DNA of 60,216 nucleotides from a virus, in IMG/VR virus record IMGVR_UViG_3300044783_000109, positions 1-60,216 of that record; one strand, written 5' to 3'. Positions 23,411-31,797 of the stretch are shown one piece after another. The translations under genes were made by a program, and so were the position numbers. Under the pieces are notes generated by a model that saw only the letters and a program-made list of their open reading frames with translations, was not told the DNA's origin and did not search any database. Each line of letters begins with the position of its first letter. Positions within the stretch are counted from its first letter, which is position 1.

Positions 23411-23619
23411 CAACCGACGGCAACCCCAAGAAGCGACTCCGCCCGACACGCCGCGAATACCTCGCGCTGAAAACTCTGTGCGCCCAAGCGCAGGAGCGGC
23501 TACGGAAGTTCTCGCGCCGCTTGGATCTCATCGAATGTGCGTGCGACGATGCCTTGTTTCCGTGGGTCAGCGCCAAGCGCATCCGGGCGCTGGCCAGAGG
23601 AGACATCATGGAGCCGTGA
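23407..23619 (+). CDS. Small putative DNA-binding protein; paralogue of 15516..15746
   Basis: ATGA-coupled ATG. C-terminus IECACDDALFPWVSAKRIRALARGD. Confidence 0.6.
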   Translation: MTTDGNPKKRLRPTRREYLALKTLCAQAQERLRKFSRRLDLIECACDDALFPWVSAKRIRALARGDIMEP

Positions 23620-23620
23620 G

Positions 23621-24211
23621 GTGAAGAAGAAGCTGAAGAGGAGGAGCAAGCGCAGGGATGCTCTGTTCGAGCGCCACACGCCTCTGGCCCAACACATAGC
23701 TGGCGTGCGCCTGCGCAGACTGCCGCTCCACAACCAGACGGATGATGTTCTTACGGCCGCGCTCTACGGGCTGTACGATGCGACACTCCGATGGGAGCCC
23801 GAGCGCGGTGCGGCGTTCCACACCTACGCGGCAAGGCGCATCAACGGCGAGATCACGGATCGGCTGCGCCAGCTCGACTGGGTCCACCCGCGGGTGCGAC
23901 GGCGCAACCCCGGGTTCCGCATGTACCGCTTGCCCATCGGCAGGGAGGGCGGCGTGGCGCGGGGCTACACGCTCGAGGCTCCTCGCGGCCGGCAGACCCT
24001 CGACGCGGTGGACGAGCGGGAGGCGTTCGAGGCGCTCATCCGTCCGTTGCAAAGGAGGGAACGGGCGGTCCTCCGCCTCAAGTACGCGCGGGGCATGAAT
24101 CTCGAAGAGATTGGGCACGCGATACAGCTCAGCCCCTCGCGCGTCTGCCAGGTGCACGGCGAGGCGCTCGCTCGCCTGCGCGCGAGCCTCGAGAAGAAGG
24201 GAGCGTCTTGA
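23621..24211 (+). CDS. Sigma-70-family factor 1 (regions 2 and 4 only)
   Basis: GTG 7 nt after GGAG. Region 2-like: AALYGLYDATLRWEPERGAAFHTYAARRINGEITD. Region 4 HTH: RERAVLRLKYARGMNLEEIGHAIQLSPSRVCQVHGEAL. Confidence 0.8.
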   Translation: MKKKLKRRSKRRDALFERHTPLAQHIAGVRLRRLPLHNQTDDVLTAALYGLYDATLRWEPERGAAFHTYAARRINGEITDRLRQLDWVHPRVRRRNPGFRMYRLPIGREGGVARGYTLEAPRGRQTLDAVDEREAFEALIRPLQRRERAVLRLKYARGMNLEEIGHAIQLSPSRVCQVHGEALARLRASLEKKGAS

Positions 24212-24873
24212 AGCGCGGTTCAAAACCAAGGTCCAAGCCGCGGCGGCATCCAGCGCAGAAGTATCGGCCGCGTCGGCCGCTGACGCCCGCTCAGCAACAG
24301 CGCGTGGAAGAAAACCTCGGGCTCGTCTACGCCGTCGCCCGCCGCTACCACTGCGAGTACCTCGAGCAGGAGGATATCGTTCAGAACGGTATGCTGGGCC
24401 TCATGCGAGCCGCGCAGTGTTTCCAGCGGCGGAGGAAGATTCGGTTCTCGACCTATGCCACGTTTTGGATTCGCTCGAGCATCCTCACACAGATCGATCG
24501 ACGGCAGAAATCGAATCGCAACGCGCGCCTGCTCGCCTCCACTCAGCGCTTTCGCCCGCGCGACCCAAGCGTTGAGCAGTCGGCGTTCGAGCCGCGGGAC
24601 CCCAAAGCCGGTCCGGCGGAGCTGGCTGAGAGCCGAGACGTGTCGCCCTTTCTCGCCCGAGCCCTGGCGCGGATGAGCAGGCGAAACCGCGAGATCGTCA
24701 TCCGTCGTGTTGTGGGTGGCGAGACATTCCACGCGATCGCCGATGACTTTGGGCTGTCGAGGCAGCGGGTGCAGCAGCTGGTCAAGCGCGCGCTGGAGCA
24801 CGCGGCCAGGTGGATAGCGCACGCGCAGGAGCGGGCGCGGTTTGCGGCGGGGACGAGTAGAATCCAAGAGTAG
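24208..24873 (+). CDS. Sigma-70-family factor 2 (regions 2 and 4)
   Basis: Region 2: EDIVQNGMLGLMRAAQCFQRRRKIRFSTYATFWIRSSI. Region 4: RNREIVIRRVVGGETFHAIADDFGLSRQRVQQLVKRAL. Proposed TTG start in a TTGA overlap (start uncertain). Confidence 0.75.
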   Translation: MKRGSKPRSKPRRHPAQKYRPRRPLTPAQQQRVEENLGLVYAVARRYHCEYLEQEDIVQNGMLGLMRAAQCFQRRRKIRFSTYATFWIRSSILTQIDRRQKSNRNARLLASTQRFRPRDPSVEQSAFEPRDPKAGPAELAESRDVSPFLARALARMSRRNREIVIRRVVGGETFHAIADDFGLSRQRVQQLVKRALEHAARWIAHAQERARFAAGTSRIQE

Positions 24874-24895
24874 GACACAACCAAGGAGTGACCGT

Positions 24896-25096
24896 ATGGA
24901 AGGCAAGCTCTCCGAATACCAGGCAGAGAAGATGATCGAGGAGTGTTTCGGGCACGTCGGCGCCGTCGAGTGCATCGACAAGGTCTGGGTCGATGGGAAG
25001 CCATTCCCTCTCCCGAAGCATTCAGAGGAAATATCTCGGGAAGATTTCTGGCGGCGAGCTGGGTTCCACGGCGAGCCGCCGGAGAGGATCAAATGA
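24896..25096 (+). CDS. Hypothetical protein (66 aa)
   Basis: ATG after AAGGAG, inside track ORF 24842..25096. Confidence 0.55.
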   Translation: MEGKLSEYQAEKMIEECFGHVGAVECIDKVWVDGKPFPLPKHSEEISREDFWRRAGFHGEPPERIK

Positions 25097-25449
25097 TTAC
25101 GGGGGACGGCATTCTGTTCATCGAACCTTCATCTGAAGTTTCGCTTGAGCCACTTATCGACGAGATCACGCTCAAGATGGTTGACGCTTGGCGTGGTCGC
25201 CGGACTGCACCGCCAGGGGAATGGTGGCGTGGAGTTCATACCTGTGCATGTGGAGTTAGGAGCGACAACAAGCCTCACTTCGTTGGCGAGAACAAGGACA
25301 TACTCACAAACTCGCTTTGCGTGCACTACATCGCGTTCCATCGAGACGAGGTGCCTCCAGAGGAGATCGAGAAGGTGGCGAGGTTGGAGGTGGTTGGCGA
25401 TGACCCGACAGATGAGGAGCTTCATTGGCCGCCTGAGAGGATTCGGTGA
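25093..25449 (+). CDS. Hypothetical protein (118 aa) with HTCACG ... CVHY motif
   Basis: ATGA-coupled ATG in track ORF 24943..25449. Confidence 0.6.
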   Translation: MITGDGILFIEPSSEVSLEPLIDEITLKMVDAWRGRRTAPPGEWWRGVHTCACGVRSDNKPHFVGENKDILTNSLCVHYIAFHRDEVPPEEIEKVARLEVVGDDPTDEELHWPPERIR

Positions 25450-25841
25450 TGGACATGCCAAGCTTGGAGTTTTGGCAGCGCTGCGGGGTGTTCGCGATCG
25501 TCATCACGTTCATCACTATTGATCTGGCTGTGTGCGATCCGTGGGCGACGGAACGTCTCTTCAAGAGGATCTCCGCCGCCTGGCATCGCTGGCGGCTGAA
25601 GATGTGCTGCCGTCGCTTCGTCGGGAAACTTCATTGTGCCATCGATGAGTGCGAGCAATCGGACGGATCCTTCCTCCTAACGCTTACGTTTCCAAACGGG
25701 ACGCCTGACGATGAGGTCGTTCGGCTTTCTGTGGATCTCGTGGATGCAATTGATAACTATCACCGGGCCCTTGGCGGGTCCGGCTTGAAGGTGGTTGATA
25801 GCAAGCGCTCTCTCAACATGAAACCAGAAGGGACTCCATGA
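25446..25841 (+). CDS. Hypothetical protein (131 aa), N-terminal hydrophobic segment
   Basis: GTGA-coupled; segment CGVFAIVITFITIDLAV. Confidence 0.55.
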   Translation: MMDMPSLEFWQRCGVFAIVITFITIDLAVCDPWATERLFKRISAAWHRWRLKMCCRRFVGKLHCAIDECEQSDGSFLLTLTFPNGTPDDEVVRLSVDLVDAIDNYHRALGGSGLKVVDSKRSLNMKPEGTP

Positions 25842-26263
25842 CCGTCGCAACCGAAATGCCCATCAAGCACGTCCTCCGCACGCTCGAGTGGCTCAAGACG
25901 AAACAGATTCTGCCCGAGCGGATCGAAGCCGTCGGCGTGGCGATAAAAATCATCGCGGAGATCGATCGCACGTACAGCCGCCTGCGCGAGCAGGCGACGA
26001 AGATGCTCACTATCCGCGCGGAGCGCGACCAGCTCGCGGCGCGCCTCGAGAAGGTGGAGCTGGAGAGGTCCATGATGCTCGCCGCAGCAGAGGAAGCGCA
26101 GCGCCATACCGAGGAGTTCGTCCGGCAGACGGAGGCGACTGTCAAGGAGGCGCTGGGAATGCAGCGAGCGGAGCTGCAGGAGATCCATGGGGTGGTCCAG
26201 GGGGCGCTCAGTAGGTTGGGGTTTGCCGCGGGGATGGGGGAGGAGGTGGCGGACCATGTATAA
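25838..26263 (+). CDS. Coiled-coil hypothetical protein (141 aa)
   Basis: ORF track; ATGA coupling. Confidence 0.6.
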   Translation: MTVATEMPIKHVLRTLEWLKTKQILPERIEAVGVAIKIIAEIDRTYSRLREQATKMLTIRAERDQLAARLEKVELERSMMLAAAEEAQRHTEEFVRQTEATVKEALGMQRAELQEIHGVVQGALSRLGFAAGMGEEVADHV

Positions 26264-26777
26264 ACCCATGTTCACCTGCGACCTCTGCGGCAAGCTGGTC
26301 GAAGAATGCACCCGGTTCAGCGTGCAGAGGGCCACCGAGGACGAGGATAACAGGAAGTGCTCGCGCGGCATTCTTGTCCGACAGGTCGATGCCTGCCGTG
26401 AATGCCATGTGGCCCCCATTGTGAAGCTTGCAGACGCCGCGGGGCTTCCGGCGATCCCGGCGCGCACCAATAACGAGCATAGGAAAAAGGAACCGGTGAC
26501 CGTGATCCCAGACTACGAACGTCTGATCAAGTACCTTTTCGACAATCCAGAGGCTGCGTGCTCTATGGGAATTGTCGATTCTTTCCACAAAGGTCGGTAC
26601 GTGCGCGTCAGCATCACCAGAAGGGATCTTCAAGGGCTCTCGCAGCAGGAAGGCCGCGGCCAAAGACTGGAGGATGCGTTGAAGGATTTGTACCGGACGC
26701 TCTCTCCGGAAGCTTCAAAAAGTGGCGGAGAGTGCATTGACAATCCCGACGTTGCAGAATGGATCAAGAAGTCATGA
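26256..26777 (+). CDS. Zinc-ribbon hypothetical protein (173 aa)
   Basis: Internal ATG of track ORF 26187..26777. CDLCG ... CREC. Confidence 0.6.
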   Translation: MYKPMFTCDLCGKLVEECTRFSVQRATEDEDNRKCSRGILVRQVDACRECHVAPIVKLADAAGLPAIPARTNNEHRKKEPVTVIPDYERLIKYLFDNPEAACSMGIVDSFHKGRYVRVSITRRDLQGLSQQEGRGQRLEDALKDLYRTLSPEASKSGGECIDNPDVAEWIKKS

Positions 26778-26995
26778 ACCACCGCGAGCTATTCCGTTTC
26801 GCCTTGAACGCAGTCGCCCTCTCGGGTGTATTTATGTACGGCGCTTTCGTGGTTGGACTCTGCGAGGCTTTATTTCGACCGCCAGACTGGAAGTTCCTTC
26901 TCGGCGTCGCGTGGGTCCTTGCAGTGACCGCGATTTGCGGTGCCGCGACAATCCCGGATTGGCGGAACTGTTGGACAAAGGAGTTTGACGAATGA
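26774..26995 (+). CDS. Two-TM membrane protein (73 aa)
   Basis: ATGA-coupled ATG. Two hydrophobic helices: ALNAVALSGVFMYGAFVVGL and FLLGVAWVLAVTAICGAA. Confidence 0.55.
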   Translation: MNHRELFRFALNAVALSGVFMYGAFVVGLCEALFRPPDWKFLLGVAWVLAVTAICGAATIPDWRNCWTKEFDE

Positions 26996-27354
26996 ACCGC
27001 CGCCGCTTCATCAAAGCCTGTGCGTCCCTCCTCCAACTTCCTTACTTCGTGCCCGCCGGGTCGCTCTGGCTGCCACCGGAGCGCCCGCTGGTGGAGGTTG
27101 CAAAGTTGTTCACAACCATCGATGGAGATGTGATCCGCGTGGAATACAACGACGAGAGCAAGGAGTGTGAGGCTTTCGTCATTCGCGACGACGAAGTGGT
27201 AGCTCGGATCCAGGGCAATTATGTACTGCCAGAACGGGAAAGGTTCTCGCGGCAATTCGACTCCGAAGGGTACATTTGCAGTCTCGAGACGGACCCGATG
27301 ATGAGCGCCGCGGAGCTGCGCATCTTCCCTGGCGACTACTTCCCGGAGACATAA
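26992..27354 (+). CDS. Small protein with twin-arginine (Tat)-like signal, paralogue A (120 aa)
   Basis: MNRRRFIKACASLLQLPYFVPAGSLWLPPERP. RRRFIK fits the S/T-R-R-x-F-L-K motif. Confidence 0.6.
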   Translation: MNRRRFIKACASLLQLPYFVPAGSLWLPPERPLVEVAKLFTTIDGDVIRVEYNDESKECEAFVIRDDEVVARIQGNYVLPERERFSRQFDSEGYICSLETDPMMSAAELRIFPGDYFPET

Positions 27355-27356
27355 AA

Positions 27357-27785
27357 GTGAATTCAACCCGCCGATCCTTCCTACGATCATGCGTGTCCCT
27401 TCTCGCGGCCCCCGCTTTCGTCAGGGCTTCCAGTTTGTGGCTGCCGCCCGAGAGACCGCAAGTGATCCTCCCGCAGGTGCTCGATGAGCCGCAGTTGGGG
27501 GTTAGGCGATTCCGGGTTTGCGCTCCATGCTCCGGTCGCATCGAGAGTGTCTGGATAGGCAACCGACGAGTTGCTTTCCCGATACCGAAATTCGTTGGGG
27601 CGGGCGACACGCTGTTGATCGAGGCGGCCATGCCCATTGCGGACACAACCGTACTCCATCGTGGCTGCTCGATCGTAATAGAACCCATGCGAATGGAGCT
27701 GCGAAACGAGTGGGCTATTCCATGCTGGCATGTCGACCTCGTCGACCTCGCGGAAGAAGGGTCATCCGGCGAGGCTTTGTCGTGA
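27357..27785 (+). CDS. Small protein with Tat-like signal, paralogue B (142 aa)
   Basis: GTG start 3 nt after the upstream stop. N-terminus VNSTRRSFLRSCVSLLAAPAFVRASSLWLPPERP parallels paralogue A. Confidence 0.6.
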   Translation: MNSTRRSFLRSCVSLLAAPAFVRASSLWLPPERPQVILPQVLDEPQLGVRRFRVCAPCSGRIESVWIGNRRVAFPIPKFVGAGDTLLIEAAMPIADTTVLHRGCSIVIEPMRMELRNEWAIPCWHVDLVDLAEEGSSGEALS

Positions 27786-28078
27786 CGATTCATGTGGATG
27801 AGCCCTCCGAGACGCGGCCTGCCCCGGTGCTCTCGGGGGGCGACCCTCTTTCACGCCACGGCGGTGCCCATGCCTCGCGCGCCTCCCGAGCGGTCGCCGC
27901 CCGTTTCGCCCGCCACGTTGGCCAGGCGCTCTCCCGTTGGGTCTCCGACTTCCAACTGAGGGGAATCTACCGGTTCTGCACGGCCGAACCGGAGGGTCCG
28001 AACCCGCCAACCTCTGGCCGGCCGCGCCGCCCCAAGCTGGCTGTCAGCGGCTCTTTCTGCTCGAACTACGAAGCAGGC

Positions 28079-28119
28079 ACCTTACTTCTGAGACTTTTTT
28101 ACCTAACCTTACGTCTGAG
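28079..28119 (+). repeat. Two 14-bp direct repeats ACCTTAC(T/G)TCTGAG, 27 bp apart, in an AT-rich patch upstream of terS
   Basis: 28079-28092 and 28106-28119 match at 13/14 positions, with TTTTTT between them. Confidence 0.85.
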
Positions 28120-28415
28120 CAACGATTTGCGACTCGAGTCCCTCGTCTTGGGCAGGCAAGGCAGGGCTGTCCCGCATTGGTCGGAGGCCTGCGCCTCCGC
28201 CCGAGCCCTTGGAAGGTTACCACTACTATTCCTGAAGCAGCCTTGGTGCCCCACGCTCGCGCTCATCGACTCGGCTGGTCTCGCCCTGCTGTCCGCCGCG
28301 CCGCGGGGAGAGCTTCCGCTCGAGCCGCACGTGATCCTGCCGCAAGTGGATGCGCACGTGACGAGCCTCGCGCAGCTGGTATCGCGCATCGACTTCTCGG
28401 CGCTGCGGAGGATCC

Positions 28416-28913
28416 ATGAATGGAGACTCGCAGACGACGCAGACGGAGCTCAACAGCGCGACCGACACGCAGCCCCTGGAGATCCAGCCGGAGAACATCC
28501 CGGCGAGCCCGCCGGCGCCGACTGAGCGGCGTCAACGGCTCGGCTGCTGGAGCCTCACGCCGGAGCTCATCGAGGAGTTTTGCCGGTTCGTCCAGAGCGG
28601 CGTGCCCGAGACGATCGTCGCCGGCATGCTGGAGATCCACCGCTCGACCCTGCAGCTCTGGCGGAGGCGCGGCGATCGCTATCTGCTGGACGAGGCGGCA
28701 CCCGAAGAGGACTGGATCTGCGGCCTGTTCGTCATGTCCGTCGCGCGCGCGCTCGGGAAGTACAAGGCGGTGCGCATCCGGCACCTCCATTCCTCTCCCA
28801 TGTGGGTGCGCGAGATGACAATCCTCGAGCGGAGGGACCGCGAGAACTTTGGACGCAAGGAGCCGGAGGGCGGCGACGAAGATTCATTTGATCCGGAGGA
28901 CAAGTTCCTCTAA
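28416..28913 (+). CDS. terS: Terminase small subunit (HTH-type)
   Basis: Sits directly upstream of and overlaps TerL. LTPELIEEFCRFVQSGVPETIVAGMLEIHRSTLQLWRRRG resembles the TerS DNA-binding HTH. Confidence 0.65.
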   Translation: MNGDSQTTQTELNSATDTQPLEIQPENIPASPPAPTERRQRLGCWSLTPELIEEFCRFVQSGVPETIVAGMLEIHRSTLQLWRRRGDRYLLDEAAPEEDWICGLFVMSVARALGKYKAVRIRHLHSSPMWVREMTILERRDRENFGRKEPEGGDEDSFDPEDKFL

Positions 28914-30280
28914 TGCTCGCCTACCTCCCCATTCACACACTCGCCCGGACGATCCAGCCCGGAACCTTCTGGGAGAAGTCGGACCCGGTCATTGACTCGA
29001 GCGGGCATGTCATCCGCGGCGGCATGTGGCCAACGGCGCGCAGATGGTGGGACCTCCCGAACTTCATCAAGGTGGCGGTTGCAGGCTACGGCTGGGGCAA
29101 GTCCCTGACGCTGGCCAAGCGCATGATCTCCCTCGGCCTCCAAAACTCCCCGTGCCCTGTTGCCGTAGTCAGCCCGACTTTCGTCATGGCTCGCCGAACG
29201 ATGGTTCCAACCATCTCCGAGTACCTCGAGGGCAAGCGCCAGCACTACGGGCGGCAGCTGTGGTGGAAATACAACCGAGGGTATCACGAGTTCCAGGTGC
29301 GTTTCCGCGGGCGCAGCTTCACCCTCTACATCCTCAGTGGCGAGAACCCCGACTCTCTCCGCGGTCCGAACCTTGCCGCCTTCGGAGGTGACGAGATCTT
29401 CCTCATGGACGAGTCGGTCTTCCATCAGATGGTGGCGCGCGTCCGGCACCCCGACGCCGTGCACCGAGAGATCCCTCTGGTCGGCACGCCCGAGCAACTC
29501 AACTGGGGGCACTCGCTGTGTAACGGCGACATGAAGGAAAAGCACGACGTGGGCTTCGTCCAGGCCTCGACTGCAGAGAACAAGGCGCTGGATCCAGGCT
29601 ATATCGGGCGGCTCGCCGGGTCGTTCTCGGGCAAGGCGTACGAAGCGTACGTCGAGGGACAGTTTCGGAATCTCGCCTCTGGCGTCGTTTACTACGCGTA
29701 CGATCCCGAGCAGAACGATCGGGAGGAGGACCTCCCGGCCGGCGCCGAACTCGGGGCCGGCATGGATTTCAACGCCCGCGGCCTCGAGGCTCCAATGTGC
29801 TCGGCCGTCTTCTGGGTATTCGGGAACCACATCCACTTCTTTGACGAGGTGACGCTCCCGAACTCGGACACCGAGAGCATGTGTGCCGAGCTCAAGGCCA
29901 GATACTGGGATAAGGGGCTCCGAAAGATCTACCCTGATCCGTCGGGGAAGGCGCGCCAGGCGTCAGCAAAGCGCGGGGTTACGAGCTTCAAGATCATCGA
30001 AGAGGCCGGCTTCGACGTCTTCGCGCGCTCACGCGCGCCCACGCTTATCGATCGCTACAACTCAACGAATGCGAAGCTGCGAGCCAGAGACGGCAGAGTG
30101 ACGCTCACGATTTCGAAGAATTGCCGGCGTCTCCGTGAGTACCTGTCCGCCTACTCCCACGAGCTCATGATGAGTCAGAAGCACATGCCCCACATGCTCG
30201 ACGCGTTCAGTTACCCAGTCGAACTCCTCTTTCCCATCATCCGACGTTTCGGCGGCGGGATGGACGTCGATGGATTCTAA
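28913..30280 (+). CDS. terL: Terminase large subunit
   Basis: Walker A AGYGWGKS, Walker B FGGDEIFLMDE, GTPE coupling motif. Nuclease half has GMDFN, YPDPSG, HMLDAFSY. Confidence 0.9.
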   Translation: MLAYLPIHTLARTIQPGTFWEKSDPVIDSSGHVIRGGMWPTARRWWDLPNFIKVAVAGYGWGKSLTLAKRMISLGLQNSPCPVAVVSPTFVMARRTMVPTISEYLEGKRQHYGRQLWWKYNRGYHEFQVRFRGRSFTLYILSGENPDSLRGPNLAAFGGDEIFLMDESVFHQMVARVRHPDAVHREIPLVGTPEQLNWGHSLCNGDMKEKHDVGFVQASTAENKALDPGYIGRLAGSFSGKAYEAYVEGQFRNLASGVVYYAYDPEQNDREEDLPAGAELGAGMDFNARGLEAPMCSAVFWVFGNHIHFFDEVTLPNSDTESMCAELKARYWDKGLRKIYPDPSGKARQASAKRGVTSFKIIEEAGFDVFARSRAPTLIDRYNSTNAKLRARDGRVTLTISKNCRRLREYLSAYSHELMMSQKHMPHMLDAFSYPVELLFPIIRRFGGGMDVDGF

Positions 30281-30283
30281 GCC

Positions 30284-31792
30284 ATGCCAGTAAACACCGC
30301 CCATCCACAGTACGAGGAGAACGTCAACCTCTGGAGCCGTTGCCGCACCTGCATCAAGGGCGAGGACGCGGTGAAGAAGAGACGCACGGAATTCCTCCCA
30401 GCGCTCGGCAGCGCCGCAATGCAGCGCAGGAAGCCCCACGTATACGAAGGGTACCTCGCGCGCGCCTGCTTCTACGCCGCGGCCGGGCGGACAGTCGCCG
30501 GTCTGGTCGGGCTCATCCTCCGAAAGAAGCCGAGCATCAAGTTCGGCGGCAAGGAGGAGCTGCTCAAGTCGATCGGTGCGAACGGCGAGTCGATCGAGCA
30601 GCTGATTCGCACGGACCTCCAGGAGGTGGTGGGCGTCAGCCGCATCGGCCTGCTCGTCGACGCCGCCGCGGGGGACAACGTTCGGCCCCACGTCTGCGTC
30701 TACTGGGCGGAGGACATCATCAGCTGGAAGAAGGGAGTAGTGGGGGGGAGGCTGCAGCTGATCCGCGTGGTCCTCCGCGAGGAGCGCGAAGTCGTGGGCG
30801 ATGATGAATTCGCGTACAAGTGCGAGACGCAGTACCGGGTCTTGCGGCTGGTGCTCGACACGGAGGGGCACCCCGTCTACGGCGTCGACCTCTACCAGAA
30901 GAAGACGGAGATCGACTCCTCCGGCACCCCGGTAGAGACCTACGGACAGGTGGGTGAGACGTTCATCCCCCGAGCGTTCGGTGGCGCGGCGCTGAGTGAG
31001 ATCCCGTTCGTCTTCCACAACCCCTCGTCGCTCGACAGCGAGCCGGAGGACCCGCCGCTCCTGCCGCTGGTGAACGTCAACCTCAGCCACTACCGCAACT
31101 CGGCCGACCTCGAGCACGGGCGGCACTTCACGGCGCTGCCAACACCATGGGCCAAGTGCTTCGACTCAAAGGAGGATCCGCTCGAGCTCGGCTCCACCGT
31201 CGCCTGGACGACGGACAATCCCGATGCAGAGTGCGGCTTCCTCGAGTTTACGGGCGCCGGCCTGGGGCACATCAAGGAGGGGATGCAGCACAAAGAGAGC
31301 CTGATGTCCGCCCTTGGCGCGCAGTTCCTCGAGCCGCCACGGGCCGGCGTGGAAGCGGCGGAGGCCATCCGGCTGCGGAACTCGGGGAAGGAATCGGTTT
31401 TGGCCACCATAGCGGGCACCGGCGGCGAGGCCTGGACGAAGCTGCTCCTGCACCTCGCCACCTGGATGGGCGTCAAGGACACGGCTGATATCTCGGTCTC
31501 ACTCAACACCGACTTCGACGTGCTCAAGATCACGGCGCAGGAAGTCAGCGCGCTCGGCATCGAAGTGCAGGGCGGCCGCCTCTCGTGGCAGTCGTACTTC
31601 CACTACCTCCAGAAGGGCGAGGTCTACCCTGAGAACCTGACGGCGGATGAGGAGGCGGAGCTCATCGCCCAGGGTCAACCTGGCGGCTTTGCCGGAGGCG
31701 CCCTGCCGTTCAATCCCCTGCGCCCGCGCGAGCGCCCAGCGCCGGAAGCTGAGCCCAACCCTGAGCCGGAGAAGGAACCGGTAGCCGCCTGA
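30284..31792 (+). CDS. Portal protein (DUF4055-like)
   Basis: 502 aa, immediately after TerL. N-terminal Y...W...R....G..AVK...EFLP ... Y..YL.RA.FY...GRTV.GL.GLI pattern. Confidence 0.8.
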   Translation: MPVNTAHPQYEENVNLWSRCRTCIKGEDAVKKRRTEFLPALGSAAMQRRKPHVYEGYLARACFYAAAGRTVAGLVGLILRKKPSIKFGGKEELLKSIGANGESIEQLIRTDLQEVVGVSRIGLLVDAAAGDNVRPHVCVYWAEDIISWKKGVVGGRLQLIRVVLREEREVVGDDEFAYKCETQYRVLRLVLDTEGHPVYGVDLYQKKTEIDSSGTPVETYGQVGETFIPRAFGGAALSEIPFVFHNPSSLDSEPEDPPLLPLVNVNLSHYRNSADLEHGRHFTALPTPWAKCFDSKEDPLELGSTVAWTTDNPDAECGFLEFTGAGLGHIKEGMQHKESLMSALGAQFLEPPRAGVEAAEAIRLRNSGKESVLATIAGTGGEAWTKLLLHLATWMGVKDTADISVSLNTDFDVLKITAQEVSALGIEVQGGRLSWQSYFHYLQKGEVYPENLTADEEAELIAQGQPGGFAGGALPFNPLRPRERPAPEAEPNPEPEKEPVAA

Positions 31793-31797
31793 TCTGA

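Noticed and set aside
22469-23449. 326-aa minus-strand ORF opposite the nucleotidyltransferase gene
   Set aside because: Antisense shadow with junk-like composition.
27981-28030. tRNA-like T-arm (GGGTTCGGACCC on the minus strand) upstream of terS
   Set aside because: The loop lacks the conserved A58 position, the stem has a mismatch, and no acceptor, D or anticodon arms can be built around it.
27518-28525. 335-aa plus-strand ORF running from inside Tat-paralogue B through the pre-terS gap into terS
   Set aside because: It overlaps two better-supported genes in other frames, and the middle part has junk-like composition. Only a short segment (about 28313-28348) shows homology to paralogue B, so it is read as a decayed gene relic.
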